A stretch of DNA of 64,000 nt, from the NCBI RefSeq assembly GCF_000142905.1, contig NW_013657666.1, forward strand, positions 320,631 through 384,630, in the 5' to 3' direction. The position numbers were made by a program, and so were the translations under genes. The stretch comes from Thecamonas trahens ATCC 50062. Taxonomy: Eukaryota > Protista > Apusomonadida. The notes below the pieces were generated by a model. It saw only the letters and a program-made list of their open reading frames with translations. It was not told the origin of the DNA and searched no databases. The first letter of the stretch is position 1, and every line of letters starts with the position of its first letter. Shown here piece after piece: positions 24,252 through 34,400 of the stretch.

Positions 24252-24834
24252 ACACCGCGACGTGAACGCTCTGTAAATCCCTTTGTACCCTCGGGCTGTA
24301 TGTACCAATCTTAGCTCCCTTGGCCGCCACCTCTACGCCTGTGGCGCGCCAACCTGTTCGCGCCCACCTACCGCGCGGGTCCACGAACCCGCGCCCGCGC
24401 CTGGCACCGTTAGCAGGGCCACCCAAGGCAGACCAACTCGTCTCCACCGACAGTGATAGCCACAGGCCATGGAGCCGGCTACGCACCCTGGAGGGAGCCG
24501 CCAACCCAAGCTCATCATGACACGTACGTGCTGGGGTTGGGGGGGGGGGGGGCTGGGAGAAGGGGCGGGGGCGGGGGGGGAGGGGGAGGGAGGGGGGGCT
24601 GGGGGAGGGGAGGAGGAGGGGGAGGGGGGCGTAGAGAGGAGGGGGGCGTAGAGAGGGAGGGGGGGGGGGGGGGAGGAGGTTGCGGAAGGAGCAACGGCAA
24701 CCCATGGTCATGGATGTGGAGCAGGTGAGAGGGAGTCGGTACGGCACCACAGCACGCCTTGGCGCCAAGCATCACAACCATGACAACCAAGATCACTGGC
24801 TCACATCCACTCACACCCACCCACAGACACACAG

Positions 24835-25647
24835 ATGGCCGCATCGCTGCTGCTGCAGATGCTCCTCTACTACAGCGGACTGTTCTCGCTCATGTGGGGC
24901 ATCATCACCGCCTGCATCATGGCATGGAAGGTAGGCGTGCAGCTGCCCATCGCCCCCATCTTCCCCGCCCTCCTCCCCTCTTCCCCTCTGCCCCTCTTTC
25001 CCGCCTCCCCTGCTCTTCCTTACACTCACGCCCTCGTGCCCATCGCCGCAACGCAGTGGGACAACCTCGACGACGCGCCCGTGTTCCAGTACATCACCAT
25101 GGTGGTGTTTGTCATCTGGGCCGTGGTGGAGCCTCTGAGGATCTGGTTTGGCTTTGTGGGCAATCTCAAGGAAAAGGTGCCGCAGCTTGCGGCCCACTGC
25201 CTGCTCAACGTCTTTCCGCAGATTCCGGTCCTCATCTACCTGGCCGCCTTTCAGCCGTCGCTGCTGCCGTTTGAGCGTGTGGCCAACGTCATCCAGCTCT
25301 TGCTGGTCATTGTCTCGGCCGGCGTCGGCTTTGCCACCACCCGCAGCCTCGTCCGCAACCAGACGTCGCAGTTCTACCTCAACCAGTTTGAAGCCGACGG
25401 CGTCGACGGCGCAGAGCCCATGATTCCGCTCACGGCGTTTGGTACCCCGCCGCCGGCCTCCTCCGAGCCGCCTGCCCGCTCCGCCTCGGGCGCCGACCTT
25501 GTCCACTCCACATCGGCCGCATCAGTGACTTCTGCCGACACCGCTGCCGCCCGCGCCGCCGCCCGCTCTTCCGCTCGCTCCTCTGCCGTCCCGCTTGACA
25601 CCCTCAACGCCCTCAACACCACTCCACCCGGCCTTCGCCGGCGCTAA
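24835..25647 (+). CDS. TMEM17: TMEM17-like ciliary transition-zone protein; intron 24931-25056, with possible further 5' exons near 24469-24724
   Basis: SLLLQMLLYY, EPLRIWFGFVGNLKEKVPQLA and LPFER, with four TM helices. A 126-nt in-frame GTAGGC..CAG intron carries an ACTCAC branch point. Confidence 0.85.
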   Translation: MAASLLLQMLLYYSGLFSLMWGIITACIMAWKVGVQLPIAPIFPALLPSSPLPLFPASPALPYTHALVPIAATQWDNLDDAPVFQYITMVVFVIWAVVEPLRIWFGFVGNLKEKVPQLAAHCLLNVFPQIPVLIYLAAFQPSLLPFERVANVIQLLLVIVSAGVGFATTRSLVRNQTSQFYLNQFEADGVDGAEPMIPLTAFGTPPPASSEPPARSASGADLVHSTSAASVTSADTAAARAAARSSARSSAVPLDTLNALNTTPPGLRRR

Positions 25648-25916
25648 CTCTAGACCATCGTCTACCCACGTCCTTGTATTCTGCTGCCTGGTCCCCCGAT
25701 GAACCCTCCCTCGTACCACTCGCACCACTCGCACCACTCACTCTCTCTCTCTCTCTCTTAATTGCCTATCAATCCATGTGTCCAACCCCGCTAGCCCGTC
25801 TCCCGCCTCCCCGCCCTCTCCCCGTCCGCTGGCGGTCGATGGCCAGGTTGGCGCCAGTCTGCGCCCACCACCACCACAGCCACAGCCACCACAGCCACCA
25901 ACCACCACACCTGTCC

Positions 25917-27968
25917 ATGAACGTGTTCACAGTGACATACGAGGACCAGGAGAGGCAGAAGCAGAGCAAAGACATGTCCGCAGGCGGAGTGTCGGGCCAG
26001 TACGCCCGGCAGGGATGTGGGCTGGAGGGCTGGGCGGTGGCCCATGCCGAGGGCACCGACAGGGCGGCAGCGGCATGGTTCAAGAAGGCGCGCAAAGCGT
26101 ATCTCAAACTCGGCATGCCGCTGCAGTGTGCGGCGAGCGGATGCACAAACAGAGAGTATACGTCATCGCTCGGGTGGCGCAACCACATCGAGAAGCACCG
26201 CGAGGTCGCTATCGTGCCCTCGCTCGAGTCCAACCTCCTCCACGTCCACGCCATCCTCGCCGCGCGCGCCGCAGCGGCAGAGGCCCGCCCGCTCGCCTGC
26301 TTTGTCCCGGGCTGTTCCGAGCCGCCCGCTGCTGATGAACATGCGCTCGCCGCTCATGTTGTTGCCGCCCACGCCAGTGAGGAGACAAAGCGCGTGAGCA
26401 ACAGGCGCGGTCGCCCGCGTAAGGATGCTACCCCGGCCAAGCCATCGTCCGACTCTGCGAGCAAGCCGATGGCGGCGGCTCAGGCCGTGGCAGCAAGTGA
26501 GGCCAGCCCGTCGCGTGGTCTCCCGCTTCATCCCACTGCGCACGCGCCACACCCTCACGTGGCCCTCGTCCGCACGGCTGCCACCGCGCCGCTCGTCCCT
26601 GTCGACGACGAGCTCATTGTGGCCGAGTGCAACAGGCTCGTCCGCAAGATGCGGGCCAAGTTTGGCGGCGTGGTCCTCACCCACTGGGCTATCTACTTTC
26701 AGAGCCGCAACGCAAGTGCACCCGGTGGCATCTTTGTCCAGGGCTTTCTCTACCAGGGCAAAGGCTGCCGCGCCAAGCGCATCACCGTCCCGCTCACCTG
26801 GAAAACTTCGGTCATCTCGGGCATCCGCTCCGACGGTGTCCTCACCACCCTTTCCGGCTCGTTGTACAAGCTCGACGGCCCGCCCAACGAGGCCGCGCTC
26901 CTCGAGTACGGCTTCGCCCCATCGACTGCCGCAGCCTTTGCCACCGGCTTCCCGCCAAACTGGAAGGCCCTACTCAAGACCGAATGGGCCCGCCGCAACG
27001 CCGCTGCCGCCCTTCCCAACTCTCCCTCGCGCATCGAGCCCTCTGTCTGCCCCCACGCTCACGCCTCAGCGGCGCTGTCGCCTCACGAGACCGGCTCGGC
27101 TCAGTCGGCCCGAGTCGCCCCGATCCCGGCCCCGCCTGTCGCTGGCCCTGGTCACAACTCGTGGACCGACGACGAGCTCGCTGCGCTAGCCGAGGCACAG
27201 CGCTCGGTCCCGCCGTCGATCCGCAATTACTGGTCCGTAGTCGCCGCCATTGTCGGAACACGGAGCGCCGAAGAGTGCCACGCCCTGGTCGTCGCCTCGC
27301 CTGTCGCGCCGCGGGCCGGAGGAGCGCCGGCCGCTGCTGCTGTCGAGGCCTCGCCCATTGCCCTCGAGCGCCTCGCCTCGGCCGACTCAGTTCAGAAGAA
27401 GCGCATGCTCCGCAAGCTTGTCGCCAAGAGCAACGCCGGGCACGCCGACGACGCGTTCGAGTCGACGCCGCTGCGAGCGGCCATGCCGCCGGTAATCGAC
27501 CTCTGCGGCGAATCGCCGACGGTGACGTCGCGAGCAAGCGCAAGCGCAGAGCATGCCGCGCCCACGTCCGAGAAGGACGCATTCTATGCCGAGCTCCGTG
27601 CCGCTGAGCGCGCGGCGTCGCCGCTCTCGTCGCCCTCTTCGCGCAAGCGGCGCTCGCGCTCGACCGCCGGTGACGACACTGACTCTGATGAGACTGACGA
27701 CGAGACCGCGCCATCGGCCTCGCTCCTCTCCGCCATGTCGCGGCCCAAGCAGAAGCAGCACGACAAGTACGTCCATGGCGTGGCCAAGCGGACAAAGCTC
27801 AACTCGGGCGTGGCGGGAGCGCCGCCTCCCCGCACTCTGCGGCCGGCCCGCCGCGTCAACGATCCGTCAACCCAGGAACTCGCCAAGGCCGCTCTGGCCG
27901 AGGCCAGCGCGCCAGCTGCAGAACTGGCCGATGACCCGTACTACGAGTTTTCGTCGGAGGACGAGTAA
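25917..27968 (+). CDS. KNL2: KNL2/M18BP1 (CENP-A loading factor) homologue; start uncertain
   Basis: SANTA domain (LTHW...WKTSVI...TLSGSLYKLDG...FATGFPPNWK), SANT/Myb domain (WTDDE...YWSVVAAIVGTRSAEEC) and C-terminal HADDAFESTPL and DKYV motifs. Two C2H2-like fingers and an AT-hook (RRGRPRK) lie N-terminally. Confidence 0.8.
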   Translation: MNVFTVTYEDQERQKQSKDMSAGGVSGQYARQGCGLEGWAVAHAEGTDRAAAAWFKKARKAYLKLGMPLQCAASGCTNREYTSSLGWRNHIEKHREVAIVPSLESNLLHVHAILAARAAAAEARPLACFVPGCSEPPAADEHALAAHVVAAHASEETKRVSNRRGRPRKDATPAKPSSDSASKPMAAAQAVAASEASPSRGLPLHPTAHAPHPHVALVRTAATAPLVPVDDELIVAECNRLVRKMRAKFGGVVLTHWAIYFQSRNASAPGGIFVQGFLYQGKGCRAKRITVPLTWKTSVISGIRSDGVLTTLSGSLYKLDGPPNEAALLEYGFAPSTAAAFATGFPPNWKALLKTEWARRNAAAALPNSPSRIEPSVCPHAHASAALSPHETGSAQSARVAPIPAPPVAGPGHNSWTDDELAALAEAQRSVPPSIRNYWSVVAAIVGTRSAEECHALVVASPVAPRAGGAPAAAAVEASPIALERLASADSVQKKRMLRKLVAKSNAGHADDAFESTPLRAAMPPVIDLCGESPTVTSRASASAEHAAPTSEKDAFYAELRAAERAASPLSSPSSRKRRSRSTAGDDTDSDETDDETAPSASLLSAMSRPKQKQHDKYVHGVAKRTKLNSGVAGAPPPRTLRPARRVNDPSTQELAKAALAEASAPAAELADDPYYEFSSEDE

Positions 27969-27983
27969 GATCTCGCTCTGAGT

Positions 27984-29561
27984 TTATTGCTTCGACGACA
28001 ACGAGGCCTTCTCCCACGCCGTGCCAAACGAGGCAAAGACTTCCGAGGCCTGCGCCATCTTGGAGCGGACAGTGGCCGGGAAGGCACGGGCGACGCCGCT
28101 GAGGTCCAGCTCGTCGTACCGGCCCATGGCAAAGGCCATAGCCTGAGCCTTGAGCGCCGGCACCATGTTAAATGCCGCCATTCCGGCCGAGCGCGCGGCG
28201 ATGACGCCAGTTGTGTCGTCGGCAAAGAGGCGCTTGAGGACGTCAAACGATGATGCGAGGAGCGTGTTGAGCCCCTTGCGCTTGCGCTCGTACTTGGCAA
28301 GCACCCGGGTGTCACCGATGTCCGCGCCCTCGGCGACCGCGTCGGCAATGGCCTTTGTCAGCGCGCTCACATCGCCGAACCCGAGGTTGGCACCCTGGCC
28401 GGCGAGCGGGTGCACTGTGTGCGCCGCGTCGCCCACAAGCACCATCCGCGGCCCGTAGTAGCTGTTCGCGAGGCCAAACGAGAGCGGCCATGACGCTACC
28501 GAGCCCTCGGCGACAGCAACAACGCCCGGCGGAACAGCTGGGGCGCCACCGGTCGTCGCACCGCCGTCGGGCGCAACAACGTTGGCGACGTAGTGGCCCA
28601 GCGGCGAGCTCTGGACCACCGAGCCGAGCGCACCCATGAGCGATGCCGCCCCGCCCTGCGCCGGCTGGGCGTGCAGCGCCGAGTGGATTTGCGCAGCCAG
28701 CGCCTCAGGTGAGAGCGAGACCCGCTCTTTGGCGGCGGCCGGCGACATCGACCACACGAGCGACGCCCGGCCCGGCGAGGTCGGCAGAAGCGCCAGAGGT
28801 CCGTCGGGAAGAAAGACCTGCCACGCAGTCTCGGTCGGCGTGTCGAGGGCGACGTCGGCGATGACACCGGACTGGTCGTAGGCGAGCGAGAAGCGCTCGA
28901 TGCCAGCAGCCTTGCCGACGGCGGTGCCCGGGCCGTCCGAGCCGACAAGCAGCGCCGTTTCCAGCTCTACGCCCGAGTCGAGTGCAACGCGCACGCCATT
29001 CACCCGCTTCTCAATGTCGTCGATGCGGACGCCAGTGAGGACGTCGACGTCGCCCGCAGTGAGCAGGGCGTCGTACAGCGCAGCCTCGACGGTGGCGTTG
29101 GGCACGATGTAGCCGAGCGCCGGCGCGTTGGCATCGGAAGCGTTGAAGCTCACAGCTCCGCCGCCGACCGCGTCCCACACCCGCATGCCCAGATACGGGC
29201 GCGCCGCAGCGGCAACAGCCGTGCCGTGCCAGGCGCCGGCGCGAGCGAGGACGTCAGCCGAGGCCGGCGAGACGGCGAGGACTCGGACAGGCGATTGCGG
29301 AACGGTCTCTGCAGCAGCATCCGCAGCCTTGCGGAAGGCAGCCTCCGGACGAGCCTCAACCAGCGCCACACGCAGCCGCTGGCCTGATGGTCGGGCCACC
29401 CCTGCCACCAGCGCCGCCAGCGCCGACCCGATCAGCCCGCCGCCAGCCACCACCACGTCGTACGCCGCGGTACCCGCCTTGCCTGCACCCGAGCTCCCTT
29501 CCCGTAGCCATGTCCACCTCCCTGCCGCAGCCACTGCGCTCCGTCGTCCCGCTCCCAACAT
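27984..29561 (-). CDS. COQ6: Ubiquinone biosynthesis FAD monooxygenase COQ6
   Basis: YDVVVAGGGLIG, LLVGSDG, AWQVFLPDGPLALLP and LVGDAAHTVHPLAGQGANLGFGD. The N-terminus is Arg/Ala-rich and resembles a presequence. Confidence 0.9.
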   Translation of the reverse strand: MLGAGRRSAVAAAGRWTWLREGSSGAGKAGTAAYDVVVAGGGLIGSALAALVAGVARPSGQRLRVALVEARPEAAFRKAADAAAETVPQSPVRVLAVSPASADVLARAGAWHGTAVAAAARPYLGMRVWDAVGGGAVSFNASDANAPALGYIVPNATVEAALYDALLTAGDVDVLTGVRIDDIEKRVNGVRVALDSGVELETALLVGSDGPGTAVGKAAGIERFSLAYDQSGVIADVALDTPTETAWQVFLPDGPLALLPTSPGRASLVWSMSPAAAKERVSLSPEALAAQIHSALHAQPAQGGAASLMGALGSVVQSSPLGHYVANVVAPDGGATTGGAPAVPPGVVAVAEGSVASWPLSFGLANSYYGPRMVLVGDAAHTVHPLAGQGANLGFGDVSALTKAIADAVAEGADIGDTRVLAKYERKRKGLNTLLASSFDVLKRLFADDTTGVIAARSAGMAAFNMVPALKAQAMAFAMGRYDELDLSGVARAFPATVRSKMAQASEVFASFGTAWEKASLSSKQ

Positions 29562-29771
29562 GTCGTCTGTCTTTGGAGAGAAGGGGGTGCGTGTGACCGG
29601 CCGGGGCAGGGGCAAGGGGGGGGGGGGGAGGGGGGGCGACGCGTCGTGGTTGTTCGGCCGGTGTCCGAACCTCTCCATCCAGGACACACACACACCCTCA
29701 TCATACCCATCCTCCATCTATGATACCCATTCTCCATCAGGCGGGAGACCGAACCTTGTCATCCCATCGCT

Positions 29772-31226
29772 TTACACGTACCACACGTTACGGAAACGAC
29801 GCCGGGTCTTCTTGGCAAGAGCAGAGCTCTGACCGATGGCACGGACAACAGTCTCGATGATGCGCTTGCCGACGGCGTCGTCAAAGTTGCGGTCCTTGCG
29901 GATGAGCGCAAGCGCAGCGTCGACAGCAGGTTCGAGATCGCCGCGCGAGGCGTGCGAGAGCGCAAGCGTCTTGAGCCCCTCCTCGTCGATGCTGCCGTCG
30001 GCAGCGGCAGTCTCCAGCACCTTATGCGCGTCATCCGAGATCTTCGACTCGGCACACTGGGCCTGGAGCTGGACCATGGCCCGGGTCTGCGAGAGCCACG
30101 GCTCCGCGTCGAGATGCTGCCGGCCAGAAGCCTCGGCGGCCTTGACAAACTCGGTAGCCTCCTCCAGCTTGCCACGCGTGAGCGCAACCTTGGCCAGGAC
30201 AATCAGCGCCTGCGCGGAGCTCTCTTCGTGGATGGCAAGCTGCTCGCGGTGCTGTGCAGCCTTGGTCCGCTGCTGGTTAAGCGGCTCGTCCTCATTGGTC
30301 TCTGGCTTGATCGGCTTTGGCGTCTGCACTAGCTTCTCCACCGCAGCCTTGGCCAGACTCTCGAGCGCCTCGGCGGCCTCACTCGCCTTTGCCTCGGTCT
30401 TAGGCATCTCCTCTAGCTCGGCCATCACCTTCTTGCCTAGCTGAAGCAGATCGCCGACCTTGGTCGGCAGCGGCTTGGCCGCCTCACCGGTGTACAGCTG
30501 CAGCAGCGAGTCGCTGGGTTGGCCCGTGCTTGAGCTGCCGGAAGCCGGCGCCGGCATGCCAGCAGCTGCAAAGGCCGCCGTGAGAAAGTCGTCGATGGCG
30601 CTCTCGCCGTCCAGGTTCTCGGCCTGCCAATGGACCACCCCACCGTTGTGAACCGCCAGTAGCGACGGCACCGCCGGCACCCGCATCGACGCAGCCAGCT
30701 GCGCGTCCGCCACCGAATCCAACACGCCCACCACCAGCGAGTCGCCGGCAGCACCGCGCAGCGGCGTCGCCTCCATCGCCTGCACGAGCTGCGCGCACAC
30801 CGGCGTCCCGCCCAGCACCGCGATCACCACAAGCTTGCCCGCAGCCTCGGGTGACTGCAGCAGCACAGGCAGGTTCTGCTGGGTGATCCGGATGAGCGGC
30901 GGCGCAGATGCCCGCCCGCCGGCCGTTCCTGGCCCACCCGCGCTCGCGCTCGCGCTCGAGCTAAACGCCCGGCGTGCTCCAACGCATCCGTTGATCATCC
31001 GCACCACTACCCTCGTCGATCCACATGCCGCCCGCGCGCTGAACGCGGTTGCTGCTGGCACATCCGTCCTCATTGCTAGAGCCGTCGCCGTCGCCGTCGC
31101 CGTCGTTGTCGACAATGTCCGGCTCGTCGTAGCCGTCCTCACTGCTCGGGATGCCAGCGCGGAGGTCACACCGGGCACCCTGGTGGTCAGGGTGCGGGAG
31201 ACGGTTCGGGACAGCATGCCCAGCAT
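29772..31226 (-). CDS. CnoX/YbbN-like thioredoxin-fold plus TPR protein with a mitochondrial presequence
   Basis: About 90 aa of R/T/S/A-rich leader ending RRAF-SS. Trx-like segment (LAASMRVPAVPSLLAVHNG). YbbN-type C-terminus (ALIRKDRNFDDAVGKRII...RRRF). Confidence 0.7.
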   Translation of the reverse strand: MLGMLSRTVSRTLTTRVPGVTSALASRAVRTATTSRTLSTTTATATATALAMRTDVPAATAFSARAACGSTRVVVRMINGCVGARRAFSSSASASAGGPGTAGGRASAPPLIRITQQNLPVLLQSPEAAGKLVVIAVLGGTPVCAQLVQAMEATPLRGAAGDSLVVGVLDSVADAQLAASMRVPAVPSLLAVHNGGVVHWQAENLDGESAIDDFLTAAFAAAGMPAPASGSSSTGQPSDSLLQLYTGEAAKPLPTKVGDLLQLGKKVMAELEEMPKTEAKASEAAEALESLAKAAVEKLVQTPKPIKPETNEDEPLNQQRTKAAQHREQLAIHEESSAQALIVLAKVALTRGKLEEATEFVKAAEASGRQHLDAEPWLSQTRAMVQLQAQCAESKISDDAHKVLETAAADGSIDEEGLKTLALSHASRGDLEPAVDAALALIRKDRNFDDAVGKRIIETVVRAIGQSSALAKKTRRRFRNVWYV

Positions 31227-31444
31227 GTTGCAGATGGGTGTAGGAGTGCGAGTGTAGGAGAGGTGCCACTACTGTCGCTGCCTTTCTCCCGGTGCCCCTT
31301 GAATCCGGTCTTCGTGAACGTCACAACGCGTCAGCAGGGACGGGAGAGACCCCGGCTGGCACAAAGGGGGGGGGGGGGGGGGATGACGAGCAAGAAACAC
31401 AGTTTCGGAGAGAGAGAGGAGCAGGTCGGATCTGGAGCTCGTGT

Positions 31445-34400
31445 TCAATCGATGAGCTCCACGGAGGGTTCCAATGCGGGCGAGAGCGGGCCACCGAGGC
31501 TGGCCAGTAACTCTTCGGCGGCGGTCGAGAGCGTGTGGCTTGCGATGACAGCTTCGACATCGCTGGCATTGCCAAGGTACGTGAGGAGCGCAGCATCTAG
31601 ATGCGCTAGCGCAGTGTGAGCCGGAGCAAGATCAAGCTCGGCGTCCATGGATGAAAGAAACTGGCCGGCATGCTTGTAGGTGTATCCGCTGCAGCCAGCG
31701 CCGGAAGCCTTGGTCGGCATGCTGAGCTTTTGCTTGACCCGCACGTCCGGGTTGGCAAGAAAGGCGACGATACCAGCTCGCGCGTCGAGCACGTCGTCGA
31801 CATGCCCGGTCCAGGGAACGTCGGCAAGCGTCGCGATCATGGCGGCAAAGCCGGGAGCCGCCGCTGGCGGCAAGTAGCCGCGGATGGCATTGACTGCCAG
31901 TCGGACGACTAGGACCATCAGGCCCGGCCTCCGCGGCGTATCGGCAGGGAGCGAGCGAACAGCGCACGCGACCACGCCAGGCAAGCCAGTCGCTATTGCC
32001 AACCGCACCGCATCGCTCCAATCGGTTCCGTACTTGCCGTTGAACGGCACATTGTCCAGCCGAGGTGGCGGGTCGATCTCAGTCGTGGCAAAGATGCCCG
32101 GCGAGAGCTCGACGAGAACGGCGCAGAAGGCCGGCAGCCTGTCCTCCATGGCCACATCAAAGTAGCCGGCAAGCGGGGCCAGCATGAGCCACAAAATGTC
32201 GTCCGGGACAGGTACCTCCAGCTCGGCAAGCATGCGGCCCGAATCGACACAGGCGGCGGCAGCGGCAAAGTGCCACGCCGAGGCTTGGATCGGAATGGCC
32301 GAGGACCACGGTGCGCGGACGAGCTGAGTGGTAGTTACCGGCTGCGCGAGCGCTGCGAGCAGCTTGTCGCGGGAGTCAAACTTGTCCGCCAGTGCTACAA
32401 AGGCAGCAAGAGTCTTGGCATCGCGCCCGGCGACGGCGGCGCAGCCCTGGTCGAGGACCAGGTCAAAGCCGTTTGGCACAGACCGGACTGTAGTCGCCAA
32501 CAGCCCAAGCGCCGCATCCGAAGGATGTAGCAGCTTTGGGAGAGTGCGGCAGGTCACGGCACCAAGTTGCTCCGACCGAAAGTCGGCACTCCACAAGCTG
32601 CTCATCTTGAGAAGATCGTGGATAAACGGGGCGGTCGACCTCGCCGTCTCATTGTCCGCAAACGGATCCGCGCCGGCCGCAACGAGCCCATGGCAGAGCT
32701 CAACAACCTCTGACGACGACAAGTGCCGCTCGCACTTGTACAGCATGTCGAGAACCTGCGGCTTGAGTGCACCGGGTTGCGGCCGCGGGCCGGTCTGCTG
32801 AAGCAGGTCGAGCAAGAGACTGATCATGGCATAAAGCTCGGGCCGCGGAGTGCAGCGAAAGGCGAACAGCAGCGCATCCGAGAACGAGATGAAGATGCGC
32901 TCCCGCACCGACTCGAGGTCAAGCGACGACAAGGCAAGCGGAAAGACAGTCTCCAGCAGCTGGATGCAGCTAACTTCGGTCACGTTGTTCGAGTCGGCAA
33001 AGATGCCGGCAGCAGCGGCGGCGTCAACGACGTCGCACTCGGGCGCCAGCTCGGCCAGAGTCAGCGCCCAAACCAGGCGCACCATCAGCCGCGAGCCCGA
33101 GACGGTGGCATGGACAAGCGCGGCTACTGGTGCGCACAGATTATCGATCCACGAGCAGCCCATGACAAGCGGTGGCGACATAACCTCAGCCTTGGCCTCG
33201 GTCAGCCTGGCACCGTGGCCAAGAACGAGCCGTAGCAGGAGGCGCGGCTCGCCGACTCGAGCGGCGGCAAGCACAGGCATCAAAACACATGGCCGGTTGA
33301 CATCAGCATCGGGAGCATGGGCAAAAAGCGCGTCGAGCGTGGCGCCTGAAGAGTCGGCCTCGACAGCGCCGGTGATAATCGAGGCCTGTGCAGCCGCTAC
33401 CATATTAACCACGTGTGCCTTGTGCATGCAAAGGTAGTTGACCAGCCGCAGGTCCTTGGTACGCACGCTCCGCATCAGCATCTCGTACGCAGTGGCATCG
33501 GTGAGCTGGTTCGGATCGGCTTGCAGGAGCATGTCGCACATGTCCCAGTACCGGCCCTGCAGGCCCCAGTAGAGCGCGGTGCGGCCGGCTTGGGACGGAT
33601 CCGCGGCACAGTCTGCGCCGGCGGCAAGCAACTCGGCAACCATGTCTGTGTGGCCGCAGGCTGCAGCCTCGATGAGTGGCGTCCGTCCGACGTAGGCGCT
33701 GTTGAGGCCGTGGTGGGATTCGGCTTCAACCTCAAAGAGGAGGCGGAACAGGCCGAGCGACCGCCAGCGAATGGCGAGATGAAACAGCGGTGTCCCGCGC
33801 CACCCGTCGAGCGATGACGTGGTCTGTGATGTCGCAAAGTCGTCGAGATGGCTACGGTAGAGCTTCGGATCGATAAACAGGGGATGAGGGTGGAGAGCAA
33901 GGAGAAGGTAGATGGCGGTGCGCCAGTTGTTGCGGTTGTGATGGTCCGAGAGGCCAATGTCCTTGATGGCGGTGTCGCGCTCACCGACGAGGCGGGCGAG
34001 CCACTGGGACGGGTACGAGGCCTCTGACGGCGGCTTGATAATAGCCCGCGGAAAGTATCGCTTGATGTGCGGCTTCCAGAACAAAATATCATGGGCAGCG
34101 GCGCGGAGGAGGCGGCAAGTGTGGCCGGCAGCGATGCGCGACTCCCAGTCGACAAACTTCATGATCTCGCACCAGATCTCGATGGGCACGTCGGCAACAG
34201 TGAGTCCACCCTCGGGCGAGGCCCGCGGCGCAAAGATCATCATGCCATGCGAGCCGTCGACACACCACGTCGGGTTGCGTTCAGCTGCCGCCTCCACTGC
34301 GTCTTTGTAAAGGCCGATGGCGACCGGCGACTTGGTGGTTCGCACGGCCAGCAGCGGCGCCCACGCGTAGTCAATGACTGAAGCAGCAGGGGTGGTGACC

